Shown: in pieces, positions 45,868 to 55,617 of the stretch
Layout: the number at the start of each line of letters is the position of its first letter
Numbering within the stretch: the first letter of the stretch is position 1
Assembly (NCBI GenBank): GCA_052148275.1
Contig: JBKQIR010000013.1
Span: 17,446 to 81,445, forward strand
Reading direction: 5' to 3'
Length of the DNA stretch: 64,000 nt
Origin: Solirubrobacteraceae bacterium
Lineage (GTDB): Bacteria > Actinomycetota > Thermoleophilia > Solirubrobacterales > Solirubrobacteraceae
Made by a program: the position numbers and the translations under genes
Notes under the pieces: model-generated
Databases searched by the model: none
The model's input: only the letters and a program-made list of their open reading frames with translations
Told to the model about the DNA's origin: nothing

Positions 45868-46485
45868 GTGAGCGACGACGGGCTCCCAGCCGAGACCGAC
45901 CCGCCGATCTCTGAGGACCTGCAGCAACGCGGGATCGACTTTCTGCAGGGGCTCTTAGCCAGCGGCAAGGTGGATCTGGACCGCTTTCAAGAGGCCCTCG
46001 ATGCGCTGCTCGTGGCCCATAACCACGCTGACTTCGCGTCGGTGGTTCGCAGCCTGCCGCCACCTGTCGAGTTCACTTCGCCCGCGCGGCGGCGTCAAGA
46101 GCCGCTCGAGATCACCACCTCGATGGGAGAGGTTCGCCTCGAAGGCCGCTGGCAGGTGAGCCGTCTCACCAAGATCCAGACGGGCATGGGCACCGTGATC
46201 ATCGATCTGAGTGAAGCCGAGTTCGATGACTGGGACGTCGAGATTGTCGTCCACGCCCACATGGGCGCAATCACGGTCATCGTTCCCCGCGGCGTCGAGG
46301 TCCGACAAGTGGGCAGGAGCGGCCCGGTCGATATCGCCCTCGAGCCTCCAATTCCGGGCTTTCCCGTCGTGCGGCTCAGCGCCACCTGTGACATGGGCAC
46401 AATCCGCGTGATGCATCCGACCGAGAAAAGGCGCCGCCGCCGGAGATGGCGTTGGCAAGGGGGCAAGACCAGACCACGTCCATGA
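45868..46485 (+). CDS. DUF1707 / LiaF-like (cell-envelope stress accessory) protein
   Basis: N-terminal helical SHOCT-like part (LASGKVDLDRFQEALD) plus beta-solenoid MGEVRL..., MGTVIIDLSEA, MGAITVIVP. Confidence 0.7.
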   Translation: MSDDGLPAETDPPISEDLQQRGIDFLQGLLASGKVDLDRFQEALDALLVAHNHADFASVVRSLPPPVEFTSPARRRQEPLEITTSMGEVRLEGRWQVSRLTKIQTGMGTVIIDLSEAEFDDWDVEIVVHAHMGAITVIVPRGVEVRQVGRSGPVDIALEPPIPGFPVVRLSATCDMGTIRVMHPTEKRRRRRRWRWQGGKTRPRP

Positions 46486-46501
46486 ACGGGACACGTCTCC
46501 C

Positions 46502-46590
46502 AAGTTCAGGTGTTCGCCCGATCAACTCCTTCCGGGTGTAGCCGGTCAGTGTGCAGAACGTGTGGTCAATAATCGCCTGTTTCGCCACGG
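46502..46590 (-). pseudogene. PAS-domain fragment
   Basis: IIDHTFCTLTGYTRKELIGRT matches the PAS N-terminal consensus (N.AFC.LTGY.REELIG); the rest of the gene is absent. Confidence 0.5.
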
Positions 46591-46656
46591 CTCAAGGAAG
46601 CGCGGCGTACGCCGATATCTCCGGTAGTTCCGTCGCGCCAGCCTGCGCGGCGTTCG

Positions 46657-48237
46657 GTGATCCTCGTGCGCCTTCTTGACTCCCGACGTGTCGCCTACCT
46701 TGTCCCTTATGGGGTGTGTTTCGCGGCGAGTTGGGGGTTGGTCGGGCTGCATTCCCACCTGCATGGCGGTGAGGTCGCGGTGGCGTTCGCATTGCAGGTC
46801 ATCGTCGGCGGCCTGCTTGTCTGCCTGCCGTGCTGGGAGTCTCGGCGGTGGGTGGTCGGCTGCGGAATGGTTGCATTCCTCGCTTCGGTTGCGCTGTTGC
46901 GAGACGGCGTCCGGCCGACGCCAGGGTATGGCTCACTCGTGCTGCTCCCGATCCTCTGGGCGTCACTGAGAAGCCGTCGAGGCGAGCTTGCAGGCGCAAT
47001 CATCGGCGCTGCGGTCGTGTTGTTCGCCCCGATCGTCCTGCTCGGCGGCGCGCAATACCCGGACGGCGGGTGGCGCTCAGGCGCGCTGCTGATCCTGATT
47101 GCGACCGTGCTTGGCGTGACGGTGCTGGTCCTGGTCGACCGGCTGCGCTCGAGCGAAGAGCGCCAGCGCCAGTTGGCCGAGCACTCGCACGAGATGTTCA
47201 CCACCCAGGACACGCTGCGGCAGATCGCGACCCAAGTGGCGAAGGGCGCCGAGCCGGCGGAGGTGTTCCAGGCCGTCGCTGCGCAGATCGCCAACCTCCT
47301 CGGAGGGACACAGAGTTGCGTCGTCCGCTTCCGCGGTCCAGCTGGGGTCGGAGAGATCGTCGGGGGCTGGAGCGCCGACGGCACAGACATCACCGGCGAG
47401 ACGATCGATCTGGCAGGGCCGAGCGCCGCAGCGCAGGTCTACCAGACTGGTGCTCCGGTGCAGATCGCCGACATGGATCGAGCGGACGGACCAATCCGCG
47501 AACGGCGCGGTGGCGCCGCCGTCTACGCACCGATCCTCCTCGACGGCAAGCTGTGGGGATCGGCCGGGGCGGCCGTGGAAGCAATCACGAGGATCCCTCC
47601 GGGCGCCGCGGAGCGCCTCGCGCGATTCGCCGAACTCGTCGCGGTGGCGATCGCAAACGCCCAAGCGCAGCAGACACTCGTTCACCTCGCCGCGACCGAC
47701 CCGGTGACCGGCCTCGCGAACCACCGAGCCTTCCACCAACGCCTCCGCTCCGAGGTCCAGCGCGCATCCCGACACGGCCGGGCGCTCAGCCTCGCGATCC
47801 TCGACCTTGACCACTTCAAACAGGTGAACGACGAGCACGGCCACCAAACCGGCGACGCGATCCTCGCCGCCGTTGCGCTACGTCTGGCAGCGGTCGCACG
47901 ATCCGGCGAGCTCGTCGCTCGCGTCGGCGGTGAGGAATTCGCGTGGCTGATGCCCGAAACCACCCAGCAAGGGGCCTACCTCGCCGCCGAGCGCGCCCGT
48001 CGAGCGATCGAGGTCTCGCCGTTCGAGGGCGCAGGAGCGGTCACGATCTCCGCGGGCGTGTGCTCGAACCAACACGCCCATACCGCGCAGGAACTCCTCA
48101 GCGCCGCCGACCAAGCGCTCTACCGCGCAAAGCGCAACGGTCGCAACATCACCTTCATATACAGCCGAGACGCAGAACGGATTCTGACAAGCCCGGCGAG
48201 CGATCATCAGCATCGTGAGCCATACACCACCCCATAA
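46657..48237 (+). CDS. Membrane GAF-GGDEF diguanylate cyclase
   Basis: Five N-terminal TM segments, a GAF domain, TDPVTGLANHR, DLDHFKQVNDEHGH, RVGGEEF. Confidence 0.92.
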   Translation: MILVRLLDSRRVAYLVPYGVCFAASWGLVGLHSHLHGGEVAVAFALQVIVGGLLVCLPCWESRRWVVGCGMVAFLASVALLRDGVRPTPGYGSLVLLPILWASLRSRRGELAGAIIGAAVVLFAPIVLLGGAQYPDGGWRSGALLILIATVLGVTVLVLVDRLRSSEERQRQLAEHSHEMFTTQDTLRQIATQVAKGAEPAEVFQAVAAQIANLLGGTQSCVVRFRGPAGVGEIVGGWSADGTDITGETIDLAGPSAAAQVYQTGAPVQIADMDRADGPIRERRGGAAVYAPILLDGKLWGSAGAAVEAITRIPPGAAERLARFAELVAVAIANAQAQQTLVHLAATDPVTGLANHRAFHQRLRSEVQRASRHGRALSLAILDLDHFKQVNDEHGHQTGDAILAAVALRLAAVARSGELVARVGGEEFAWLMPETTQQGAYLAAERARRAIEVSPFEGAGAVTISAGVCSNQHAHTAQELLSAADQALYRAKRNGRNITFIYSRDAERILTSPASDHQHREPYTTP

Positions 48238-48521
48238 CCAGCGCGACGCGCCGGTGCTTTGTCCGGCGGTGGTCCGGTGCCGGCGCTTGTCGGCGGCCGC
48301 CGCCATGTCGTAATCGACCGTCGCCAAGGCTGGGGCGTCCTCGGTCGGCTCACGAATTGCACCTGGTTGGGGCTCGCGAGGTGTGCGGTGGCCGCCCCGA
48401 AACCGATGCCGTCGTCTGCTCGGTGGCCACGAACTGGGGGCACGACCAACGGCTTGGACGCCGGATATATCGCGCGATGTGCTCGACAAGAGCTTGCCGG
48501 GGCGGGTATGGTTTCGGCGCC

Positions 48522-49139
48522 ATGGGCTTGCGCGTTGGCGGTGGTGGTCGACTTCGGGTTCTCGGGCCGGTGGTGTTGATGCCGGCTGCGGCGTTTGGCG
48601 TGCACCAGTTGCGCTACTACCTGGCGTACGGGTCGGCTGCGGGCGCGATGCTGGCGCGCACTGGCCACTCGTATCTGCATTCGGTGGTGCCGTGGATCGT
48701 GTTGCTGGTCGCGGTTGCGCTGGGCGGGTTCTTGGGAGCGCTTGGTCGCGCAGTCGCTGGGCAGCGCTCACCGCGGCGCTATACGCTCTCGCTGCTGGGG
48801 TTGTGGTTGGCTTGCTCAGCGTGCCTGGTCGCGGTGTTCGCTGCTCAGGAGTTTCTGGAGGGCTTGTTCGCGACCGGGCATCCCGCGGGGCTTGCTGGGA
48901 TCTTCGGGTATGGCGGCTGGTGGTCGATCCCCGCCGCGGTGTGTATCGGCCTGGTCCTCGCGGCGCTGTTTCACGGCGCGCTGTGGGTGCTGGAGGAGGT
49001 CGCCCGACGCCACACGCGACCACGGCCACACAAGAAGACCCGCGCTGACCCGACGCTCGCTCCCGTCGATGTCCTGCTTCCTCGGCTGGCGCCGCTGGCC
49101 GAAGGATGCTGCCGTCGCGGTCCGCCTGGCTTGCGTTAG
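48522..49139 (+). CDS. Hypothetical His-containing membrane protein
   Basis: VHQLRY...GHSYLH...QEFLEG...GHPAG...LFHG with four TM segments. Start uncertain. Confidence 0.6.
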   Translation: MGLRVGGGGRLRVLGPVVLMPAAAFGVHQLRYYLAYGSAAGAMLARTGHSYLHSVVPWIVLLVAVALGGFLGALGRAVAGQRSPRRYTLSLLGLWLACSACLVAVFAAQEFLEGLFATGHPAGLAGIFGYGGWWSIPAAVCIGLVLAALFHGALWVLEEVARRHTRPRPHKKTRADPTLAPVDVLLPRLAPLAEGCCRRGPPGLR

Positions 49140-49418
49140 CTGAGCGCGGCGCTGTGCGGCGCCCCTTGTCTGGGTGCTCGTGCGTCGCATGCCGGGACGC
49201 GGTCCAAGCTCCGGGCGCCTTGTGCGCGACGGCTGTCGTTGGACCCGAACCTGGCTGGGATCAGCATGCTCGTGCAGGCGGTCGCCGCAGCGCGGCCACG
49301 CCGACGGGCTGCTGGTCTGGCCGCGAGCGCCGGCTCGGCGTCTCGCGGGGCATCAGCTAATTCGCTCGGGGTCCTGCGTTTGTGGGCTTCCCCGGCTGAC
49401 GACCGTTAGGAGTCGCAG

Positions 49419-50411
49419 ATGAGCAGTATCGCTGGGTCAAGGAAAGCTCCCGCCGCCGCGGTTCGCAGCGAGGCGGGCAGCGCGCACGTCAAGGCGTATT
49501 TCTTCTCCGACAGCCGCCGTTCAGTTCAGACCGTGCTCGGTCTGATCTGGGTGCTGGTCGGGGCACTGCAGTTCCAGTCGTTCATGTACGGCAAGGGGTT
49601 CATCCAGATGCTGACCGGCCTGACCGCCGGGCAGCCCGGATGGGTCGCCGACAGCGTCAATCAGGGCGCGGCCACAATGCAATCCCATCAGGCGATCTTT
49701 AACACTGGGGCCGCGCTGATCCAGGTAGCGATCGGGTTCGGGATCCTCTACAAGCGCACGACCAAGCCCGCGATCGCGGTGTCGTTCGCGTGGGCGCTGG
49801 CCGTGTGGTGGTTCGGAGAAGCGTTCGGGATGCTGTTCATGAACATGGCGATGCCGCTCACCGGCGCGCCGGGCGCGGTCAGCCTGTACGCGCTGATCGG
49901 CGCGATCGTATGGCCCAACGACCGTCCCGGCGGGCTGCTCGGAGTACGCGGCGCGCGGATCGCATGGGCGGCGCTATGGCTCGTGATGGCCTGGCTGTGG
50001 CTGCTGGCGCCGAGCAGCAGCGCGAACGCGATCCACAACGCGATCAACGCCGCACCGTCCGGAATGAGCTGGCTCAGCAGCGTCCAAGACGGCTTTGCGA
50101 GCATCACCAAGGGCAACGGCCTCGTGTTCGCGCTTCTCCTCTCAGCGCTCTCGGCAGCGATCGGGATCGCGGTCGCGGTGAACTGGCGCGCGAAAGAGTT
50201 CCTGATCCTGGCGGCCGTGCTGAACCTGATCTTCTGGGTCGTCGGCCAGGGCTTCGGCGGCATCTTCGCCGGCGGCGCGACCGACCCCAACGCCGGCCTG
50301 CTGTTCATCGTGCTCTCCTACACGCTCTACACGCTCGTGCCCTACGAGCAGCGACTCGCGCCAGCGACACGGCGAGATTCGAAGGGACAGGAGGTCGCGG
50401 TGACCGCCTGA
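49419..50411 (+). CDS. Multi-pass membrane protein (possibly DoxX/DoxD-like)
   Basis: LGLIWVLVGALQFQ..., WWFGEAFG, GGIFAGGATDPN; two-fold internal repeat; AGGAG SD. Confidence 0.6.
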   Translation: MSSIAGSRKAPAAAVRSEAGSAHVKAYFFSDSRRSVQTVLGLIWVLVGALQFQSFMYGKGFIQMLTGLTAGQPGWVADSVNQGAATMQSHQAIFNTGAALIQVAIGFGILYKRTTKPAIAVSFAWALAVWWFGEAFGMLFMNMAMPLTGAPGAVSLYALIGAIVWPNDRPGGLLGVRGARIAWAALWLVMAWLWLLAPSSSANAIHNAINAAPSGMSWLSSVQDGFASITKGNGLVFALLLSALSAAIGIAVAVNWRAKEFLILAAVLNLIFWVVGQGFGGIFAGGATDPNAGLLFIVLSYTLYTLVPYEQRLAPATRRDSKGQEVAVTA

Positions 50412-50471
50412 CCGCGGACGCCGCCTACCCCGGTGGAGGCATGCCGCCGCAATACGCAAGGGAGATGGCCA

Positions 50472-50503
50472 CCCGCTCGCGTCCCATCCGGGACGCGAGC
50501 GGG
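50472..50503 (+). terminator. Perfect 14-bp hairpin, candidate intrinsic terminator
   Basis: cccgctcgcgtccc-atcc-gggacgcgagcggg, 60 nt after the 50411 stop, with no U-tract. Confidence 0.45.
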
Positions 50504-50834
50504 GCCGAGCCGGCCCCATCGCTTCCCGTCAGGCCCGCCACTCGCGCCCTGACATGCCGGGCCCGGCCAGCGCAATGAACAGCGCGGCCGCCGCGAGAGG
50601 CTCAGGGCTTCGTTCGCGGCCGTGGTCGAGTGAGGTTTGCGCTGCCAGGTTCGTAGTCGCCTGATCGCCTGAGATCAAGCGGTCTCACCAGCCGCGGTCT
50701 CAGTCAAGGCTGTCGTCGCGTCGCCGAGCACGCGGAGGGCGGCGGCGGGCCGCGGTCACAGGGGGTTCGTGGCGCGCGCGCCCCTCCGGGGAAACCGTCA
50801 CGATGTGCCATGTCGGCGGCAGAGAGGAGCACGT

Positions 50835-52025
50835 ATGCGAGAGTTGAGCTTGGGTGTGGTGGGGACGGCGCGCAAGCCGGACGAGCGCCGGCTGCCGATC
50901 CACCCCGCGCACATCGAACGGATCCAATCCAGCCTGCGGCAGCGCATGTACTTCGAGCTCGGCTACGCTCGGCGCTTCGGGATCGCAGATGACCGCGTGT
51001 CCGCGCGGGTCGCCGGGTTGCGCTCCCGCGAGCAGCTGATGGCCGAGTGCGACATCGTGCTGCTACCCAAGCCGATCGCCGCGGACCTCGCGATGCTGGC
51101 CCCAGAGACCGTCCTGTGGGGATGGCCTCACTGCGTCCAGGACGAGGAAGTGACCCAGGTCGCGATCGACCGCCGCCTGACGCTGATCGCATGGGAGGCC
51201 ATGAACCACTGGACTAGCGACGGCCATTTCAGCCTTCACGTCTTCCACAAGAACAACGAGATCGCAGGCTACAGCTCGGTGATGCACGCGCTCGCGCTGA
51301 CCGGCGCCACCGGCGCGTACGGCCGGCGGCTGCGGGCGATCGTGATCAGCTTCGGCGCCACCGCTCGCGGCGCGGTCACCGCACTGTTCGCACTCGGCGT
51401 GCACGACGTCGACGTCCTCACGCACCGCCGGGTCGCTGCCGTGGGAGCACCGATCGCGCCGACCCGTTTGATCCATTTCGAGAACGATCCACAGCAGCCC
51501 CATCGCGCGGTCGCGATCAGCAGCTTCGGAACGCGTCCGATCGCCGAGCTCCTCGCCGAACACGACATCGTCGTGAACTGCATCCTGCAGGACACCGACA
51601 ACCCACTCGTCTTCGTCACGCACGACGATCTCCCCCTTTTCGCGCCCGGAACTCTGATCATCGACGTCTCCTGCGACGAGGGCATGGGATTCGAATGGGC
51701 GCGTCCAACCTCGTTCGCCGCTCCAATGTTCACCGTCGGGAATGACATCCATTACTACGCCGTCGACCACAGCCCGTCGCACCTGTGGAACGCCGCGACC
51801 TGGGAGATCAGCGAAGCGCTGATCCCGTTCCTCGGGCCGGTCATGTCCGGAGAGGATGGATGGGATGCCCAAGAGACGATCCGCCGCGCAATCGAGATCC
51901 GCAACGGGATCGTCCAGAACCCGAAGATCCTCTCATTTCAATCCCGCTCTCCAACGTATCCCCACCCCAGGCTGAGCGTCCCGCCGCCAACCGTGCACGC
52001 GGAGTCCAGCGCACGCGCGCGATGA
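50835..52025 (+). CDS. ceo: N5-(carboxyethyl)ornithine synthase (AlaDH/PNT family)
   Basis: KPDERRLPIHP, WGWPHCVQ, NNEIAGYSSVMHAL, SFGATARGA, IIDVSCD, YYAVDHSPS. Start at ATG 50835 after a GAGGAG SD. Confidence 0.85.
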   Translation: MRELSLGVVGTARKPDERRLPIHPAHIERIQSSLRQRMYFELGYARRFGIADDRVSARVAGLRSREQLMAECDIVLLPKPIAADLAMLAPETVLWGWPHCVQDEEVTQVAIDRRLTLIAWEAMNHWTSDGHFSLHVFHKNNEIAGYSSVMHALALTGATGAYGRRLRAIVISFGATARGAVTALFALGVHDVDVLTHRRVAAVGAPIAPTRLIHFENDPQQPHRAVAISSFGTRPIAELLAEHDIVVNCILQDTDNPLVFVTHDDLPLFAPGTLIIDVSCDEGMGFEWARPTSFAAPMFTVGNDIHYYAVDHSPSHLWNAATWEISEALIPFLGPVMSGEDGWDAQETIRRAIEIRNGIVQNPKILSFQSRSPTYPHPRLSVPPPTVHAESSARAR

Positions 52026-52322
52026 GATCCCACATCCAAGCGGGGGCACCACGTCGCGGCGACGCGACCCGCGACCGTCGGATCATCACACACTCGGACG
52101 CCCCGACGCGCGGCATCGACACGGCGCCAGTTCCACCTGAGGAACGAGCCGACCCGGGGCGCAAGGCGCGACAGCAGACGCGCCGCACAGGATTGCGAGG
52201 CTCGGGACAACCTCTCCGCCATTGGCAGCGCTTGCTCGTTCGCCGCTATCCAGCTGAACGCGGCGTGCGGGGATCAATGGACAGCTTGGGCGGACGGCGG
52301 TTGAGCGCTATCTCGCCAAGCC

Positions 52323-53021
52323 TCAGTGGCCGTGGTGAATGAACGCGCCGTGGGCGGTCCAGGCGGCAAAGTCGGGGATCAGAGCGATTGCTAGCACGAG
52401 CCCGCCAACGAGGGCGCCTACGACTGCGATCGAGCGCCCAGCGGAGCCTTGCGCTACCTCCGGCAGCTCGGCGGCCGCGCGGCGAGCGGCCCGCAGCGAG
52501 GCGGGCATCGCCGGCAGGTGTCCCAATACGTGAACCGACAGGCACACGATCCAGACGATGAAACTTGCCTTGTGGATCATCGTGAGCTGACCGCGACCGC
52601 TCGGCCCCACGAATAGCAGCGCGAGCCCGCTGACGAACACGCTCACCGTGCTCAGCACCACGATCGGCGCGATCAGCCGTAGCACCATTTCAGGCGGACC
52701 CTTGCGGCGGTAGGCCGGGTCACGCGTGTAATAACGCGCAAACCGATAGCCGGTGCTTCCCAGCTTCAGAGCGACCGGTCCGATCAGCAGCAGACCAACG
52801 AACAGATGGACCGAGATCAGCTGATGGATCCGCAGGATCGTAAGCCCGATCACGGCCAGCAACAGGATCAAAATCGCGCCGGTGATCGCCGTGAGCTGTT
52901 CGTTGCCGTCAGTGCCGCCACCGATAAGGCGCCCACGCGTCCGCGCGCCACCAATCCGCCGTCGGTGAGCTATCGCAGGCTTTGGGGGCCGAGAGCCCTT
53001 CAAAAATGGGGACGATTCCAT
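52323..53021 (-). CDS. Hypothetical membrane protein (cytochrome b-like His pattern)
   Basis: GNEQLTA...ISVHLFVG...KLGSTGYRF..YY...IHKASF...VHVLGH; five TM segments. Start uncertain. Confidence 0.65.
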   Translation of the reverse strand: MESSPFLKGSRPPKPAIAHRRRIGGARTRGRLIGGGTDGNEQLTAITGAILILLLAVIGLTILRIHQLISVHLFVGLLLIGPVALKLGSTGYRFARYYTRDPAYRRKGPPEMVLRLIAPIVVLSTVSVFVSGLALLFVGPSGRGQLTMIHKASFIVWIVCLSVHVLGHLPAMPASLRAARRAAAELPEVAQGSAGRSIAVVGALVGGLVLAIALIPDFAAWTAHGAFIHHGH

Positions 53022-53124
53022 TGAGCGAGTGTGTTGCCGCGCTCTAAAGGCTCGTTCACCGCTCAATTAGAAAGCTCTTTGAGCTCACTGGCGACTGTGG
53101 ACGAAAAGCTCGGCGAACCCGTTC

Positions 53125-53462
53125 TTGGACGAGCCAGGCCTGGCACCGGCCGACTACCACCCGCAGGGCAAGGCTTCATCGGCGACTTCACGACCGTATA
53201 TGGGCACGCTCCGCAATCGCCAGCGTTCTTCGGCTAAGCCGCAGCACAAGCAGTCCTCGACGCGATCCACCAAGCTGGCCGCAACGCGCGAGACCGAGCG
53301 CTGCTCGCGAGGATTTTCTTCGACCTGCACGCTGTCCCGTCCGTGCTTGGCAGCTACTCGATCGACGCTGCCGGCACCGCAACAATCACGCCATCGTTCA
53401 TCTTCAGCGCCGTGAAGAACGGAGCGCGCGTTCCTGACCCTACGCTGGTTGGCGCGCCTTGA
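53125..53462 (+). pseudogene. 3' remnant of a branched-chain amino-acid ABC substrate-binding protein (LivJ/K-like)
   Basis: PGLAPADY / frameshift / PPAGQGFIGDFTTVYGH..PAFFG, in-frame TAA at 53235, then AAAQAVLDAIHQAG...SVLGSYSIDAAG...FSAVKNG. Confidence 0.7.
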
Positions 53463-53923
53463 CCACCATGCAGACGGACGCCGCTCGTCGAACCTCGTGT
53501 CGCCAACCACAGACGTGCGAGCTGGGCGATTCGCTCGCGCGTGCGGATCTGCTACCGATCCTTCTCGAGTGCGATCAGAACGGCGACGCCCAGACTACGG
53601 TCGCACTGCCACTGTCGCGCGCGGCGCGTACTGGCCCGACTGGACGGGTTTCCTCCCGTCGCCACCTGGAACCGTGCGGCGGTTCTCTCGCGACGTTCTT
53701 AACGGCCGGCATTGGTCACGCTCGCCAGGCTCGACGGGCCCGGCCGCAGCGACGCTTCCAGAGAGGCTGATCAACCCACGCGGTTCCGCGATTCCTGCGC
53801 CCCAAGTGGCGCTCGGGTCGGGGGTACGGGCTCTGGGGCGCTTGACGGGCTCGGGTGCGACGGGCGGGTCCTCGGCGGTGAGCTCCCGCCAGCGCAACGG
53901 CGCGTCGGTCTCGCCCCGATCGT

Positions 53924-54120
53924 CAGGCGCGCAGCGCTTCGGTCGGGCTTAGCCGCGCGGCCTTCGCGGCCGGGTACACGCCGGCGAGCGCGCCGATCAG
54001 CAAGCCGGCGGCCGATGCCGCCACGAGCGCAGAAATGGGCACTACGAACGGCTCGTTTTGGGCGAGTGAGTAGATCTCGGTGGCGCCTGCGCCGAGGAGC
54101 AGACCGGCGATCCCGCCGAC
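53924..54120 (-). pseudogene. C-terminal remnant of a MacB/FtsX-type ABC permease
   Basis: VGGIAGLLLGAG...LLIGALAGVYPAAKAARLSPTEALRA*. Confidence 0.85.
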
Positions 54121-55567
54121 GGGATCAGGTCGTGTGGCGCGGCAGCCTCCTGGACGGCGTAGTTGCCGCCCGAGGTCGCCAGCAGCGCGGTGACCGGCAC
54201 CGACAGGACGCCGAATGCCTTCGCCTCAGCGAAGCTCACGCTCACCGACGCCTCGTCCAGGACCGCCCCCGTGTGGTGGCCGCTGAGCGCGATCGTCACC
54301 GGCACGGTCGCCGAAGCGCTCGAGCTGGAGCCGCTGGAACCGCTACCAGCACCCGAGCCGCTGCCGGAGCCGCTCGAGCTCGAGCTCTGGGCGACCGGAC
54401 TCACAGCGCTGATCGTGCCGTTGACGACGTCGCCGTCGGGCAGTTCCACCGTCACCTTCTCGCCCACGACCGCCTCGCTCTGCGAGCTGGCGGCAAGCTC
54501 GACGGTCACGACCAGCTGAGTCGAGGTCGTCTGCAGGATCGCCGAGGCGGGCTCCCGCACTACCCGAGGAGCCCGAGGAGCCTAAGGAGCCCGAGGTGCC
54601 CGACGAGCCGCTGCTCGACGCCGCGCTCGAGCTTGCGCTCGCCGCGGAACCGTCGCCGAGGCTGCTGCCGCCCCCTGACGAGCTCGAACGCCCACCGGTA
54701 CTCACAACGGTGCCGCTGGACGAGGTCTTTGACTGCGCCTCGGTCTTCTGCAGGGCGGAGATCAGCGCCTGCAAGGTCGCCTGTTCGGCGGAGATGCTCG
54801 AGCTCGACGCCTTGCCACCCTTGCCGCTGGGCGTGGTCGTAGTGGAGATCCGCGTCGTGGTAGATGATGGTCGGAATGGTCGGCGTCGTCGTGGTTGGCG
54901 TGGTGGTCGTCGTGGTCGTCGCCGTGGTGGGGGTCGTTGTGGTCGTCGTGCTTGCGCCGAGTTTCAGGTTGACGAACTCCGAACTCGCTGCGACGACGGG
55001 CGTGCTCGCCGCAGCGGCGCCTGAGCCTCCGCCCGTCGAGCCGAGCGTCGCGTCGACCGCCGAGATCAGCTGGTCGCCCGGCAGAAAGACGATCTGGCCG
55101 AGCGTCAGCTCACCGGTCTCGGTCTCGCCGAGCGAGTCCTGGAAGGCTTCGACGCCGTCGGTCGTGGCGGTTCTCGTCGTTGACGACGATGCCGTCCGGA
55201 TTGAACCCCAGCGCGACGAGATCGGCGTTGAGCTGGAGCACGTCCTGGCCATCCGTGATGCCGGCCGTCAGATCCCGGTACGCAGGGGTCGTGCCGTCCA
55301 TCAGGATCACCGGCGAGCGTCGATTTTGTAGAGGGCCTGACCCTGCTTGATCACCTGACCGACGGCCGGCAGCCACGTAATCGTCCCGCTGAGGCGGTTG
55401 TAGACCGTCTGCTGGTCGGCGTAGCTCAGCGTCCCGGCTTCGGTGTCGGTTTCGACGAGGTTGCGCCGCTGTACCGTCGCCGCGCCCGCAACCTGGCTGG
55501 GAATGCTAGCGACGGCACAACGCTGACCACCACGGCGAGCGACGGCGAGCGCCGCGCCCGGCAGCAA
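54121..55567 (-). pseudogene. Frameshifted peptidoglycan-binding periplasmic adaptor (MFP) of a MacAB-type exporter
   Basis: Pieces in changing frames: GTLSY...GTITWLP..GQVIKQGQALY / PVILMDG..PAYRDL...DVLQLN.DL.ALGF / TGELTLGQIVFLPG / VTVELPDG...GTISAV...VLSVPVTALLA. At least four frame breaks. Confidence 0.85.
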
Positions 55568-55617
55568 GCGCCTAACGCCGTCCGCCGACGCGCATCCTGC
55601 GTAGTGCTGTCAGCCGG

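Noticed and set aside
53463-53923. Additional gene remnant
   Set aside because: All frames were read and no recognisable family signal was found. A blastx search would be needed.
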